DNA of 64,000 bases, taken from the NCBI GenBank assembly GCA_001443005.1, contig LEKQ01000001.1, positions 594,542 through 658,541 on the forward strand, in the 5' to 3' direction. The notes under the pieces were generated by a model. The model worked only from the letters and a program-made list of their open reading frames with translations, was not told the origin of the DNA and did no database searches. Both the position numbers and the translations under genes were made by a program. This DNA comes from a bacterium GBS-1. GTDB taxonomy: Bacteria; Synergistota; GBS-1. How positions within the stretch are numbered: position 1 is the stretch's first letter; every line of letters begins with the position of its first letter. Positions 1-9,708 of this stretch are shown in pieces.

Positions 1-343
1 CAGCATCTGATAGCTTCTTAATCAAGCGAGTTCCGTTAGTTGTAGTTAAAACAGCGCGCTTTCCCTTTATCATATGAGCGTTCTCCATAACATCGGTAGG
101 AGAGTTATCGAAGTCGAACCCAGGTATCTTAGCCCCTCCCCTCTCCCCCATTAGAAGGATATCGGGGTTTTCCCTCTTTAAGGACTTAGCTTCCCTTATA
201 GAAGATGTGATAAAGAGCGAGTCCCCACCATAAGCGAAGAAAGTAACTATAGTGGATGTGGCTCTTATTACATCCAGAGCTATCCATAGAAAATCCTCCT
301 TAGGCAAGGGCTCTGAGAGAGAAGACAAAAGGTAAACCTTCAT
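1..343 (-). CDS. 2-phosphosulfolactate phosphatase (ComB) family protein, N-terminal part; the gene runs off the window
   Basis: My own minus-strand translation from the ATG at 343-341 reads MKVYLLSSLSEPLPKEDFLWIALDVIRATSTIVTFF...LLMGERGGAKIPGFDFDNSPTDV. The DV(I/L)RATST and GER.G..IPGFD..NSP blocks match my recollection of the ComB family. It is absent from the ORF track because the window edge truncates it. It starts 5 nt after the upstream stop, so it is probably in the same operon. Confidence 0.6.
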   Translation of the reverse strand, partial: MKVYLLSSLSEPLPKEDFLWIALDVIRATSTIVTFFAYGGDSLFITSSIREAKSLKRENPDILLMGERGGAKIPGFDFDNSPTDVMENAHMIKGKRAVLTTTNGTRLIKKLSDA

Positions 344-348
344 AAAAC

Positions 349-2013
349 TCAACCCCGCTTAAGGATGGCTCCCTGATCAGCCGAAGTGACTGCTTCAGCG
401 TACCGCGCTAAATATCCCCGGGTTACCCTCGGAGCGGGAGGCTTCCAGTTGGCTAGCCTCCTCTTTATCTCCTCTTCGCTCAGATGCAAATCAAGTTTCC
501 TCTCATCGATATTTATAGTTATGAGGTCCCCATCTTGAACGATAGCGATCGGCCCACCTGAAGCTGCCTCAGGAGAGACATGCCCCACACAGGGACCCCT
601 CGTGGATCCAGAAAACCTCCCATCGGTGACTAAAGCCGTGCTATCCCCTAAGCCCATACCGACGAGAACAGACGTAGCGGCAAGCATCTCTCGCATACCC
701 GGTCCCCCCTTAGGTCCCTCATAGCGTATAACGACTACATCTCCCCTCTGAACCTTGCCATCAAGAATGGCTTGAACTGCATTTTCACAGGACTCGAAAA
801 CCTTAGCTGGACCAGTGTGAACCCTCATGGAGGGCGAAACCGCAGTCTGCTTCACAACTGCACCATTGGGAGCCAGACTTCCCCTTAAAATTGCCAAGCT
901 ACCTTCCTCATGAACAGGGTTATCAAGAGAACGAATTACCTCTCTATTACGGTTTTTGGCTTTCTTCAATATATCCCTAAGAGTGCAAAGCATAACGCTC
1001 CTCTCATCTAAATGAAGTAGGGGAGAAAGCTCCTTCATAACAGCAGGAATCCCACCGGCATCATCCAGATCCTTAAGGGTATATGGACCAGAAGGCTTCA
1101 AATCAACCAAGTGCGGCGTAGTCCTACTTACCCTATCGAAGTCATCCAGTGTTATCCTTATGCCTATCTCATGGGCTATAGCGGGGATGTGAAGCAAAGC
1201 GTTGCTTGAACCTCCCACAGCCACAACCACTCGCATGGCATTCTCAAAGGATCTGTCTGTTATTATATCGGAAGGTTTAACACCTCTCTCTATGAGCCTC
1301 ATAACCTGAATCCCCGAAAGCTTGGCTTCCCTAAGCTTTTTAGAATATACAGCGTGAGTTGTCGCACAGCCCGGCAAAGTCAAGCCCAGGCTTTCAGCCA
1401 CACATGACATGGTGTTCGCAGTCCCCATCATGGAACATGAGCCTACAACAGGGCATATGCAATCCTCCATTTCCCTAAACTCCTCTTCTGTCAACAATCC
1501 ACGCCTATAAAGTCCCACAGCCTCCCTTATCTCATAGACAGCTAAGCTTCTACCCTTAAAAACCCCCGGGAGCATCGGTCCACCAGTAACCATGATAGAT
1601 GGAACGTTTATCCTTAACATCGCCATAAGCATACCAGGAACTATCTTATCACAGGCGGCTAAGAAGACCAAGCCATCTAACTGCTCCGCCTGAGCCACGA
1701 GCTCTATGGAATCAGCTATCACCTCTCTACTGGGTAGAACATAACACATTCCCTGATGCCCCTGGGCTATACCATCGCATATGGCGATGGTGTTAAACTC
1801 AAAGGGCACGCCCCCAGCCAACCTTATGCCCTCCTTAACCGCCTCAGCGATCTGGCGAAAATGCTTATGCCCGGGGTGCATCTCATTCCAAGAGTTCACA
1901 ACACCAACGAAAGGACGGTTGAATTCCTCATCGATCAACCCACAAGCTTTAAGAAGGGCACGCATACCAGCCCTATCTATACCCTCCACAACAACTCGAC
2001 TGCGCAATCCCAC
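349..2013 (-). CDS. IlvD/Edd-family Fe-S dehydratase no. 1 (sugar-acid or dihydroxy-acid dehydratase; substrate unknown)
   Basis: Blocks [44 protein letters not shown] and TDGRFSGST are present, and the three cluster cysteines are intact. The ORF-track ATG at 2094 overlaps the upstream gene by 49 nt and adds about 27 aa beyond where the in-window paralogue begins. An in-frame GTG at 2013 (or 2025), downstream of AGGGAGG at 2026-2032, is the more likely start. Confidence 0.88.
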   Translation of the reverse strand: MGLRSRVVVEGIDRAGMRALLKACGLIDEEFNRPFVGVVNSWNEMHPGHKHFRQIAEAVKEGIRLAGGVPFEFNTIAICDGIAQGHQGMCYVLPSREVIADSIELVAQAEQLDGLVFLAACDKIVPGMLMAMLRINVPSIMVTGGPMLPGVFKGRSLAVYEIREAVGLYRRGLLTEEEFREMEDCICPVVGSCSMMGTANTMSCVAESLGLTLPGCATTHAVYSKKLREAKLSGIQVMRLIERGVKPSDIITDRSFENAMRVVVAVGGSSNALLHIPAIAHEIGIRITLDDFDRVSRTTPHLVDLKPSGPYTLKDLDDAGGIPAVMKELSPLLHLDERSVMLCTLRDILKKAKNRNREVIRSLDNPVHEEGSLAILRGSLAPNGAVVKQTAVSPSMRVHTGPAKVFESCENAVQAILDGKVQRGDVVVIRYEGPKGGPGMREMLAATSVLVGMGLGDSTALVTDGRFSGSTRGPCVGHVSPEAASGGPIAIVQDGDLITINIDERKLDLHLSEEEIKRRLANWKPPAPRVTRGYLARYAEAVTSADQGAILKRG

Positions 2014-2045
2014 GGCTTCATTCACCCTCCCTAAAAACAAAGGAA

Positions 2046-3329
2046 TCAGGGCTCCAAGACCGGAATGGTAATCAAGGCATTGGGTACAACCCAAACTTTA
2101 GCATCCTTGCCGAGCTCAAAGAACGCTCGCTCCAGCGCCTCTTCAACAGTAGGCTCGTACTCTAGAAATAGCTCCCTTAAGATAGGCTCTGGAACAGCTG
2201 TCCCAACCATAAAGATCTTAGCCCAGTTTAAGGCCTTAGCCAGAACGAAGGCCTTGTGCTCCCCCGGTTCAAATCCCTCGCGATAAGCCCTCTCTAAAGC
2301 TTCCACAGGTGACCTTACGCTTTTCATCCAGTTATAGTACCCCTCATGCCCTATACCATCCTCACACGCCGCAGGGATTATTATTATCCCCCCCTTTCTG
2401 ACCAAAGGACGAGGTGCAAATATCAGGTTATTAACCGCCCTGGTCGCCTGATATAGGTCCCTGTCCTTAGGATATCTGGGTATCGCTATGATAATATCCC
2501 CCTGCTGACTAGCTTTAACCTCATAAATCTCTTTCGCAAACCTCACGCCCGCATCGTGAGCTTTCACCGGATCACCAGCGAACACCCCAAGAAGGCGCTT
2601 ATCGTCATCGAGCACCACGTTAACTATGAAGTCAAGGCCAAGAAAGCCAGCCGCTTCCTCAAGAAAACGTCTAAAGAGGTTATCCTCGATCACACCCAAT
2701 CTGGTCTTAGGATGATCCAGCATGGCGATATTGTGCGTAGCAGAAATCGTGCGAACGCTTGCAACACCAACTGCAACGCTTTTAACCCCACCGCTGTACC
2801 CCGCAAAGAGGTGAGGTTCAATAACACCTGTCGCGATCCTTAAATCAGCCTCTGCTACGCTTTTATTTATCTCCACAGGTATGCCCTGAGATAGGGTGTT
2901 CCCCAAAAACTTAAGCCCCTCAGGGTTAAAGGCATTATGGTTCTCAACCTTGACTCTCCTTACCACCTCTTCACTATACATCTCCTTGAACTCCTCAATA
3001 GAATTGGGCCTGTGAGTACCAGTAGCAACAACTACACTGATATTCTCATCGGGTATCCCAGCTTCGTTAAGCTCCTTCAACAAAAGGGGAATGACTACCT
3101 CCTCACAAGCATATCTGGTTATATCGGTAGCTATGATGACCACCCTCTGCCCAGGCTTGGCTAAATCTCTTAGGGCTTTGCTCCCGATGGGATTTCTTAA
3201 GGCATCCTCAAAGGCAGAAACCACATCCTTAACCGGTGGGTACCTCTTCGGGTCAAGAACCCCCAAAAAATTCCTCTCAGGGATATTAAGCCTAAGAACA
3301 CTCCCCCTTAGGGGAATCTCGACTATCAA
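2046..3329 (-). CDS. LarA-like nickel-pincer (NPN) dependent 2-hydroxyacid racemase/epimerase homologue (DUF2088 family)
   Basis: 427 aa, the same size as lactate racemase LarA. The blocks [26 protein letters not shown] (the Lys corresponds to the NPN-tethering Lys of LarA) and SATHN are present where I remember the LarA catalytic His/Lys residues. Confidence 0.8.
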   Translation of the reverse strand: MIVEIPLRGSVLRLNIPERNFLGVLDPKRYPPVKDVVSAFEDALRNPIGSKALRDLAKPGQRVVIIATDITRYACEEVVIPLLLKELNEAGIPDENISVVVATGTHRPNSIEEFKEMYSEEVVRRVKVENHNAFNPEGLKFLGNTLSQGIPVEINKSVAEADLRIATGVIEPHLFAGYSGGVKSVAVGVASVRTISATHNIAMLDHPKTRLGVIEDNLFRRFLEEAAGFLGLDFIVNVVLDDDKRLLGVFAGDPVKAHDAGVRFAKEIYEVKASQQGDIIIAIPRYPKDRDLYQATRAVNNLIFAPRPLVRKGGIIIIPAACEDGIGHEGYYNWMKSVRSPVEALERAYREGFEPGEHKAFVLAKALNWAKIFMVGTAVPEPILRELFLEYEPTVEEALERAFFELGKDAKVWVVPNALITIPVLEP

Positions 3330-3358
3330 ATTAGATCAACCTGCCTTTCAGAGTACAA

Positions 3359-4417
3359 TCACATCCCCACAAGCTTTTTTGCCTCCTCTAAGGCCCTTAA
3401 GGCTCCTTCACCTAATGGTACGCCCTCCTTAAGCCTCTTGCACATGGTCCGATAGCTTCTCTCCCCCGGCAGAAGGATCTCATCCACGCCCTTAGCTCTC
3501 TTAGATCCCTTTATCATCTTTATGTATCCATCCACCTTTTCCTTGAACTCGTCAACCGGCATGAAGCTTTCGACTTTAATAGCCACCATAAAATTACCGA
3601 CGCCCATCGGCTTAGTAAAGTCCAAGAACATGGATTTTATATCTTTACCGTAAGAGGAACCAGTTAAGAGGCCACTTATTATGTCTATCACAATTGACAT
3701 CCCATATCCCTTGGCTCCCCCTAAGGGCAAAAGGGCTCCTTCTAGAGCCTTCTCCGGATCATCCGTGTGGTTTCCTTCATTATCCACAGCCCAACCGAAG
3801 GGGATTTTTTCACCCTTTCTTAAGCTCTCCTCTATCTTCCCTCTGGAAACAACGCTCGTTGACATATCCAAAACGATCGGTATCTCCCTACCTGCTGGTA
3901 TAGCAACTGCAAAGGGGTTCGTCCCTAGTACAGGCTCACAACCACCATGGGGAGCCATTAAAGCAGCTGTGTTAGTTAGAACGATGCCTATCATGTTTTC
4001 TCTCAGGGGCATCATCGCATAGTGACCCGCAATACCGATGTGATTCGTATTTCTAACGCCAGCGATAGCAACATCATTCTCCTTAGCCTTTTCTATACAC
4101 ATGGACATGGCCAGCTTTCCCGCAACCTGGCCAAGGCCATTATCTGCATCGATCAAGATAACGTTTCTTGATTCCCTTATAACCTTTATATTGGGTTTTG
4201 GATTTATAATCCCAAGCCTTATCCTCTTTACATAGGTGGGAAACCTAACTACACCGTGCGATTCTATTCCTCTTAAATCCGCTGCGACTATAGCCTCAGC
4301 TGTGTCAAGCGCATCCTGCTCTGGCACGCTCAAGCGCATCAGTACAGAGGAAAGGATCCCAATTAAATCCTCGTAAGGAACCAAAACCAAGGGAGCGAAA
4401 CCCTCCTTTAGGTTCAC
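3359..4417 (-). CDS. Ldh_2-family (malate/L-lactate/sulfolactate dehydrogenase type 2) oxidoreductase
   Basis: 352 aa with ADLRGIESHGVVRFPTYVKRI and NTNHIGIAGHYA blocks typical of the Ldh_2 family. That family includes ComC (R)-sulfolactate dehydrogenase, AllD and DlgD. Its start overlaps the upstream stop by 4 nt. Confidence 0.8.
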   Translation of the reverse strand: MNLKEGFAPLVLVPYEDLIGILSSVLMRLSVPEQDALDTAEAIVAADLRGIESHGVVRFPTYVKRIRLGIINPKPNIKVIRESRNVILIDADNGLGQVAGKLAMSMCIEKAKENDVAIAGVRNTNHIGIAGHYAMMPLRENMIGIVLTNTAALMAPHGGCEPVLGTNPFAVAIPAGREIPIVLDMSTSVVSRGKIEESLRKGEKIPFGWAVDNEGNHTDDPEKALEGALLPLGGAKGYGMSIVIDIISGLLTGSSYGKDIKSMFLDFTKPMGVGNFMVAIKVESFMPVDEFKEKVDGYIKMIKGSKRAKGVDEILLPGERSYRTMCKRLKEGVPLGEGALRALEEAKKLVGM

Positions 4418-5571
4418 ATCGTCGGACCTATTCTGGTTATCGCGAACTCACCATGACCAAGCTGCTCTGACTTAGTCATCTTTCCATTTATCACAGAAAG
4501 CATTTCCTTTATGATTCTGCGCCCAACCTCTTCAACCGTTTCGATCCCCAGTATTATAGTTCCTGCATTGATATCTATGTTATCGGACATCCTCTCCCAA
4601 GTCTTGGGATTACCAGTAATCTTTATAACCGGAGCAATGGGGCAACCAACGGGTGTTCCCCTTCCCGTGGAAAAGAGAACCAATTGAGCTCCACCTGCCA
4701 CCATGCCGCTCACCGACTGAACATCATGCCCTGGCGTATCCATTATCCACAGCCCTTTGCCCTTAGGCTGCTCCGCATATTCAACCACGCCTTGAATTGG
4801 AGACCTCCCAGCCTTAAGGATGCAACCAAGGGATTTTTCCTCTATCGTCGTTATACCACCTTCAATGTTGCCTCTCGTCGGCTGAGTCCCTCTTAAATCG
4901 ACGCCCATCTTCAAAGCGTCCTCTTCAGCTCTCTTTACGATCTCGTATATACGCTTAGCTACATCTTCGTTAACCGCTCGCTTGGCCAATATGTGCTCCG
5001 CCCCTATAAACTCGGGGGTCTCCGATAATATCGACGTTCCACCCGAGCTAACCACGAAGTCCGAAGCAACTCCCATGGCAGGGTTCGCCGCTATCCCAGA
5101 GGTGGCATCCGAACCACCGCACTCAAGAGCAATCACGATATGGGATAGATCTATGACCTCCCTCACCATCCCAGACAGATCCGAAAGCATGCTCTCAGCT
5201 ATGGCTATCCCCTTATCTATAGCCCTTAAGGTTCCACCTTCTTCCTGAATCACCAGGACCTCGACCTTCTTCCCCGACTCCGATATCCTCTCAGCCAACA
5301 TATAGGGATCGAGCTTCTCGCATCCGAGCCCAACCACCAGAACCGAAGCCACGTTGGGATTCTTACCAACCCCAACAAGGGTCCTCAGGGTTTGCTCATA
5401 GTCAACGCCAAGCTGTCCACATCCCTCATTATGAGTTATAGACACGCTTCCAGGAACACTCTTCGATATGGCTAAGACCACCTCATTGCTACAGACAACG
5501 CTCGAAAGTACAAGAAGGTGGTTTCTAATCCCAACTGAACCATCGGGCCTTATATAACCCCATAGTTTCAT
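4414..5571 (-). CDS. UxaA-family lyase/dehydratase, large (C-terminal-domain) subunit
   Basis: 385 aa. The THNEGCGQ block and overall layout match the C-terminal part of altronate/galactarate dehydratase. The same layout is found in SuyB of sulfolactate sulfo-lyase. It overlaps the small-subunit gene by 4 nt. Confidence 0.78.
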   Translation of the reverse strand: MKLWGYIRPDGSVGIRNHLLVLSSVVCSNEVVLAISKSVPGSVSITHNEGCGQLGVDYEQTLRTLVGVGKNPNVASVLVVGLGCEKLDPYMLAERISESGKKVEVLVIQEEGGTLRAIDKGIAIAESMLSDLSGMVREVIDLSHIVIALECGGSDATSGIAANPAMGVASDFVVSSGGTSILSETPEFIGAEHILAKRAVNEDVAKRIYEIVKRAEEDALKMGVDLRGTQPTRGNIEGGITTIEEKSLGCILKAGRSPIQGVVEYAEQPKGKGLWIMDTPGHDVQSVSGMVAGGAQLVLFSTGRGTPVGCPIAPVIKITGNPKTWERMSDNIDINAGTIILGIETVEEVGRRIIKEMLSVINGKMTKSEQLGHGEFAITRIGPTM

Positions 5572-5876
5572 CTCCCACCACCCTCTCCCTTAAGCAAGTC
5601 GCCTCTTCCCCTATTACTCACAACGTTATGAACATGCACCCAATCCCCAACCTCGATATCTCGCGTAGCCCTACCTATAACCTCACCGTACTTTATGACA
5701 TCGCCATCCTTTGGAATCCTCCTAACGGCAAACTTATGGCCAAAGGGTATGTCCGCGATCACCCTTACCTCCCTAGACTGGTTAGAGATTCTCACTAACG
5801 CTATCTCACCAGCTTGAATGTCTTCAAGAGCTGTAGCCACGTTATCTGCCCCATCAAGTAAAAGAGCCCTTTTCAT
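5568..5876 (-). CDS. UxaA-family small subunit (SAF / N-terminal domain)
   Basis: 102 aa. The DNVATALEDIQAGE...GHKFAVRRIPKGD.IKYGE pattern is typical of the SAF domain that forms the N-terminus of UxaA/GarD, or the separate SuyA subunit. Confidence 0.75.
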   Translation of the reverse strand: MKRALLLDGADNVATALEDIQAGEIALVRISNQSREVRVIADIPFGHKFAVRRIPKDGDVIKYGEVIGRATRDIEVGDWVHVHNVVSNRGRGDLLKGEGGGR

Positions 5877-5891
5877 AAATCAATCACCTTC

Positions 5892-7775
5892 CTATAAAAG
5901 CCAGTCTAACCCTAGCTCGATAAGCTTCCAAGGTTGGGGAACGCCCTCTTCATCCCAACCAGACATAAGGTAATAAATCCTCTTGGCCTCCTCGAACTCC
6001 TCCCTAGTAACGAATCTACCCTCATGGATACCCCCTCGGAGAGGCATGTACATCTTTTCTGCCAATCTATCCTCCTTCGAATCCACTCCACTTCTAACGT
6101 TAAACACCCTCATCATGTTCAGTCTTCTTTCCCCAACCTTCATGAGCTCCCATAGGCTCACTTCCCAACCGGTCACCGCGCTAACGGCTTCGACCACCTC
6201 ACTGTAGTTTAAACCCCTTGTAGGAGCCATGCAAAACATGCATATATCGAGGGAGTTCAACATGCTATAAGCTATCATAGTGTAATAGGCGAACCTAACT
6301 TTTCTACCATCAAGATCGAACCAAGGTAATCTCTCATTGATACCCAAGATAGCTATTCTTTCAAGGTTAACGTCTGGAGCGTCAGGACCTATGCTTGGAT
6401 CATGTTCACTCGCCATGTGATCCGCTCCTATAGGACAAACAGAATAGACCAAAGCAAGGGACCTTTTAACCCTCGGCTCATGAGCGGGATACTCAACCCC
6501 TTTGCATTCAACGGCATACCTCTCCGCGTTTCTCCCTATAGCTTGAGCAGCCCTCCTCGACCCTTCAGCCAGAAGTCTCCCTATACCCTCTTTCTTAACT
6601 ATCTTCTCAATAAGGGGTATTACCACATCCTTGTTACCAAACCTCAACTCAAGCCCATCGGTCTCTTCCTCAGTTAATATTCCGTTCTCATAGCAATCCA
6701 TTGCAAAAGCTATAGTTCCTCCCAGGGATATAGTGTCTATGGTGTACTTATTGCAGAGCTCTATAGCCTTAGAGACGATATAGGGGTCATCCACCCCTAT
6801 GTAGGAACCTAAAGCAGCCATAGATTCATACTCCAGGCTGGTGTACTCTTGATCTATCTCAAATGGTTCTCTCGCTCCAACCAACCTCTTACATCTTACA
6901 GGACAAGCATAACACCCGGTCTTTTTCACATCCATTATGGTCTCTATGAAGTCACCTGCAATCTTATCCACACCATCAAATACCCCGCTTCTCCAGTTAA
7001 AGGTGGGTAGCTGCCCACCTGTGCTGAAGAGCTTGGTGGTTATGGTTGTCCCCCACTGGTGCAATCTAAGCTGACCTGGGTAGCTCTTAAACCTGGAAGC
7101 AAAATCCTTGGCTATCTTTACCAACTTACCTTCATCCTTAAACTGGGGTTTTCTCGTCCCCTTAACCACAATAGCCTTCAGCTTTTTAGAACCCATAACT
7201 GCTCCAAGTCCGCATCTACCATGCATATCATGAATATCACAAGCTATGCTTGCAAACCTAACGAGGTTCTCCCCACCTGGGCCTATTCCAAGAATCCTCA
7301 AGCCCCTTTCTCCTAACTCTTTCTCAACCTCTCTAAGAACATCTGCGTTGTGCTTCCCCCAAAGATGCGAAGCATCTTTGATCTCCACATTTCCATCCTT
7401 AACCCAAAGATAAACGGGTTTTGAAGCCCTTCCTTTAACCACTATCGCGTCCAATCCCGCAGACTTTAAGGCCACACCCCAAAATCCACCGGCCTCGCTA
7501 TCAGCTATACCACCGGTCAACGGAGAGACTGAAACAGCCGAATGCCTTGCGAACCCCGGTAAGGGAGCACCCGTCACCACGCTGGGAGCGAAAACTATCA
7601 CGTTCTCAGGAGAATAGGCATCCGTTCCAGGTTTAACGTACTTCAATACATAATAACTTCCAAGACATCCCCCACCTATATATTTCCTGAAAAAGGCCTC
7701 TCCCGGACTCTCATATTCAACCGCCATATTAGAGAGATCCACATGGGCTATCCTATCCCAAAAGCCATATCCCAC
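5892..7775 (-). CDS. aor: tungsten-type aldehyde:ferredoxin oxidoreductase (AOR family)
   Basis: 627 aa. The N-terminus GYGFWDRIAHVDLS...KYIGGGCLGSYY resembles the AOR N-terminal domain, and GCYACPVRCKR is the [4Fe-4S] Cys motif. The start is a GTG 6 nt behind AAAGGGGTGA. Confidence 0.9.
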   Translation of the reverse strand: MGYGFWDRIAHVDLSNMAVEYESPGEAFFRKYIGGGCLGSYYVLKYVKPGTDAYSPENVIVFAPSVVTGAPLPGFARHSAVSVSPLTGGIADSEAGGFWGVALKSAGLDAIVVKGRASKPVYLWVKDGNVEIKDASHLWGKHNADVLREVEKELGERGLRILGIGPGGENLVRFASIACDIHDMHGRCGLGAVMGSKKLKAIVVKGTRKPQFKDEGKLVKIAKDFASRFKSYPGQLRLHQWGTTITTKLFSTGGQLPTFNWRSGVFDGVDKIAGDFIETIMDVKKTGCYACPVRCKRLVGAREPFEIDQEYTSLEYESMAALGSYIGVDDPYIVSKAIELCNKYTIDTISLGGTIAFAMDCYENGILTEEETDGLELRFGNKDVVIPLIEKIVKKEGIGRLLAEGSRRAAQAIGRNAERYAVECKGVEYPAHEPRVKRSLALVYSVCPIGADHMASEHDPSIGPDAPDVNLERIAILGINERLPWFDLDGRKVRFAYYTMIAYSMLNSLDICMFCMAPTRGLNYSEVVEAVSAVTGWEVSLWELMKVGERRLNMMRVFNVRSGVDSKEDRLAEKMYMPLRGGIHEGRFVTREEFEEAKRIYYLMSGWDEEGVPQPWKLIELGLDWLL

Positions 7776-7810
7776 AATTTATCACCCCTTTTAATGGCTT
7801 TAATATCAAA

Positions 7811-8812
7811 CTACTGAGGCAACCTTCTAATATCCCATATTTCCGGGTTAGCGATATTATCGGGCCTCTCTCCCCTTAATACAGATATGACGTTTTTACA
7901 AACCATTTTCGCCATATTAGAGAGCGTTTCTTCAGTATGGGCTGCCATATGAGGCGTAGCAACAACATTATCTAAAGTTAAAATGGGCTCATCAACGGAT
8001 GGGGGCTCTGGATCGAAAACATCCATACCAGCACCTGCTATGACCCCATCCCTAAGAGCCCTATAAAGTGCCCTTTGATCTATCACCGAACCCCTTGCAG
8101 TGTTAACAATTATAGCGTTTCTCTTCATCATGGAGAGCTCCCTTTCGCCTATGAACTTCTCGTTCTCCTTAGTAGCAGGTATGTGTATCGTTATAAAATC
8201 CGCATTTCTAAGAAGATACTCCAGATCTCCAACAAGCTCAGTATCCTCTAACCCCTCTTGCCTAAGAAGCTCTTCGTTAATATATGGATCATAGCCTATA
8301 ACTTTCATAGAAAAACCATACTTGCATATCCTGGCAACCTTTCTTCCGATGTTGCCTAAACCTATAACTCCAAGGGTCTTTCCTGAAAGCTCAAAGCTCT
8401 TAACCTGAAGCCTATAGTTGTAGTTTCCATAAACCCTAAGCTGAACACCCGCATCCCATATGTGCTTCGCAACCGCCATCATCAGACATACGGTATGCTC
8501 AGCAACCGCATTAGCATTCGAGCCCGGTGCATAAACCACTGGAATGCGGTAGGCATTGGCTGCTTCTAAATCCACGTTATCAACCAAAGCCCCATGTTTA
8601 CCTATGACAACGCATCTTTTAGCGGCTTCGATTATACTTCTACCTATGTAGGGATGAACCCTCACGATTATGCCATCATAATCCATAACCTTTTTCAAGA
8701 GATATTCCTCGTCAAGGCTTTCCGCAACATCAACCTTTATCTCCGCTTCTTCCAACATCTTAACCCCATCTGGGTGAATTTCCTGCATCAAAAGGACCCT
8801 TCTTTCAGCCAT
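7811..8812 (-). CDS. D-isomer-specific 2-hydroxyacid dehydrogenase (glycerate, hydroxypyruvate or phosphoglycerate dehydrogenase-like)
   Basis: NAD fold GVIGLGNIGRKVA, NTARGSVID, and catalytic His in TPHMAAHTEE. I place the start at the ATG at 8812 behind GAGGTGG; the ORF-track start at 8827 is a GTG inside that Shine-Dalgarno sequence. Confidence 0.85.
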   Translation of the reverse strand: MAERRVLLMQEIHPDGVKMLEEAEIKVDVAESLDEEYLLKKVMDYDGIIVRVHPYIGRSIIEAAKRCVVIGKHGALVDNVDLEAANAYRIPVVYAPGSNANAVAEHTVCLMMAVAKHIWDAGVQLRVYGNYNYRLQVKSFELSGKTLGVIGLGNIGRKVARICKYGFSMKVIGYDPYINEELLRQEGLEDTELVGDLEYLLRNADFITIHIPATKENEKFIGERELSMMKRNAIIVNTARGSVIDQRALYRALRDGVIAGAGMDVFDPEPPSVDEPILTLDNVVATPHMAAHTEETLSNMAKMVCKNVISVLRGERPDNIANPEIWDIRRLPQ

Positions 8813-8839
8813 GATACCCCACCTCACGTAAAGGCAGTC

Positions 8840-9703
8840 TTAAAGTACCTTCCTTAAGATCTTCGGAATCTCCGATAGCTTAAAGGCTATCTTAGCTCCA
8901 GCATCCTCTAAAACCCTTAGCTTGCTATCCGCACTTCCCGTTTCCCCTTGTATAATGGCCCCAGCATGCCCCATTCTCTTACCCGGCGGAGCCAGTCTAC
9001 CCGCAATGAAGGCTATGACTGGTTTCCTCATGCGCCTTATAACAGCGCTCGCATCCTCCTCACGGCTTCCTCCTATCTCTCCCACGATAACTACAGCCTC
9101 AGTATCGTTATCCCTATCAAACATTTCCAAGATATCAGCTATGTCTACCCCGGTAACTGGATCAGCTCCAATACCCACAACGCTGCTTTCACCGAAACCC
9201 TCATCGTTAAGATATCCAGAGACCTCATAAGAAAGCGTCCCGCTCCTTGAGATGACCCCTACCTTCCCCGGTTTAAACATATTGCCAGGCATTATCCCAA
9301 GCTTACCTACACCGGGAGAGATTACGCCAGGGGTTGTGGGACCAAGCATTACGACGCCCCTCTTCCTCGCAACCTCCCTCATCTCCATGGCATCAGCTAT
9401 GGGAACATGCTCGGGAATAACTACAACAAGCTTTATACCAGCATCTATAGCTTCAAACACAGCATCCTTCGCAGCAAAGGGTGGAGCAAATATAACCGTA
9501 GCATTAACGCCAAACCTCTCTACCGTCTCCTTAACATCATCAAACACTGGAACACCATATACCGTCTCTCCCTTTCTCCCAGGCGTTACTCCTGCCAAGA
9601 TCTTCGTACCATACTCCAACATCCACCTCGTCTGTATGCTTCCCACCCTACCAGTTATACCCTGGACGATAGCCCTGGTCTCATAAGTTAAAAGTATTGC
9701 CAT
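8840..9703 (-). CDS. sucD: succinate--CoA ligase (ADP-forming) alpha subunit-like
   Basis: 287 aa, collinear with SucD. Blocks QGITGRVG, VISRSGTLSYE and the phosphohistidine loop RMGHAGAII are present. Confidence 0.85.
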   Translation of the reverse strand: MAILLTYETRAIVQGITGRVGSIQTRWMLEYGTKILAGVTPGRKGETVYGVPVFDDVKETVERFGVNATVIFAPPFAAKDAVFEAIDAGIKLVVVIPEHVPIADAMEMREVARKRGVVMLGPTTPGVISPGVGKLGIMPGNMFKPGKVGVISRSGTLSYEVSGYLNDEGFGESSVVGIGADPVTGVDIADILEMFDRDNDTEAVVIVGEIGGSREEDASAVIRRMRKPVIAFIAGRLAPPGKRMGHAGAIIQGETGSADSKLRVLEDAGAKIAFKLSEIPKILRKVL

Positions 9704-9708
9704 AACCT

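Noticed and set aside
4414-5876. Split UxaA (small SAF ORF plus large ORF) as a frameshifted pseudogene
   Set aside because: The two ORFs are joined by a clean 4-nt ATGA-type overlap, as at other junctions in this operon. A two-subunit arrangement is a known natural form of this family (for example SuyAB).
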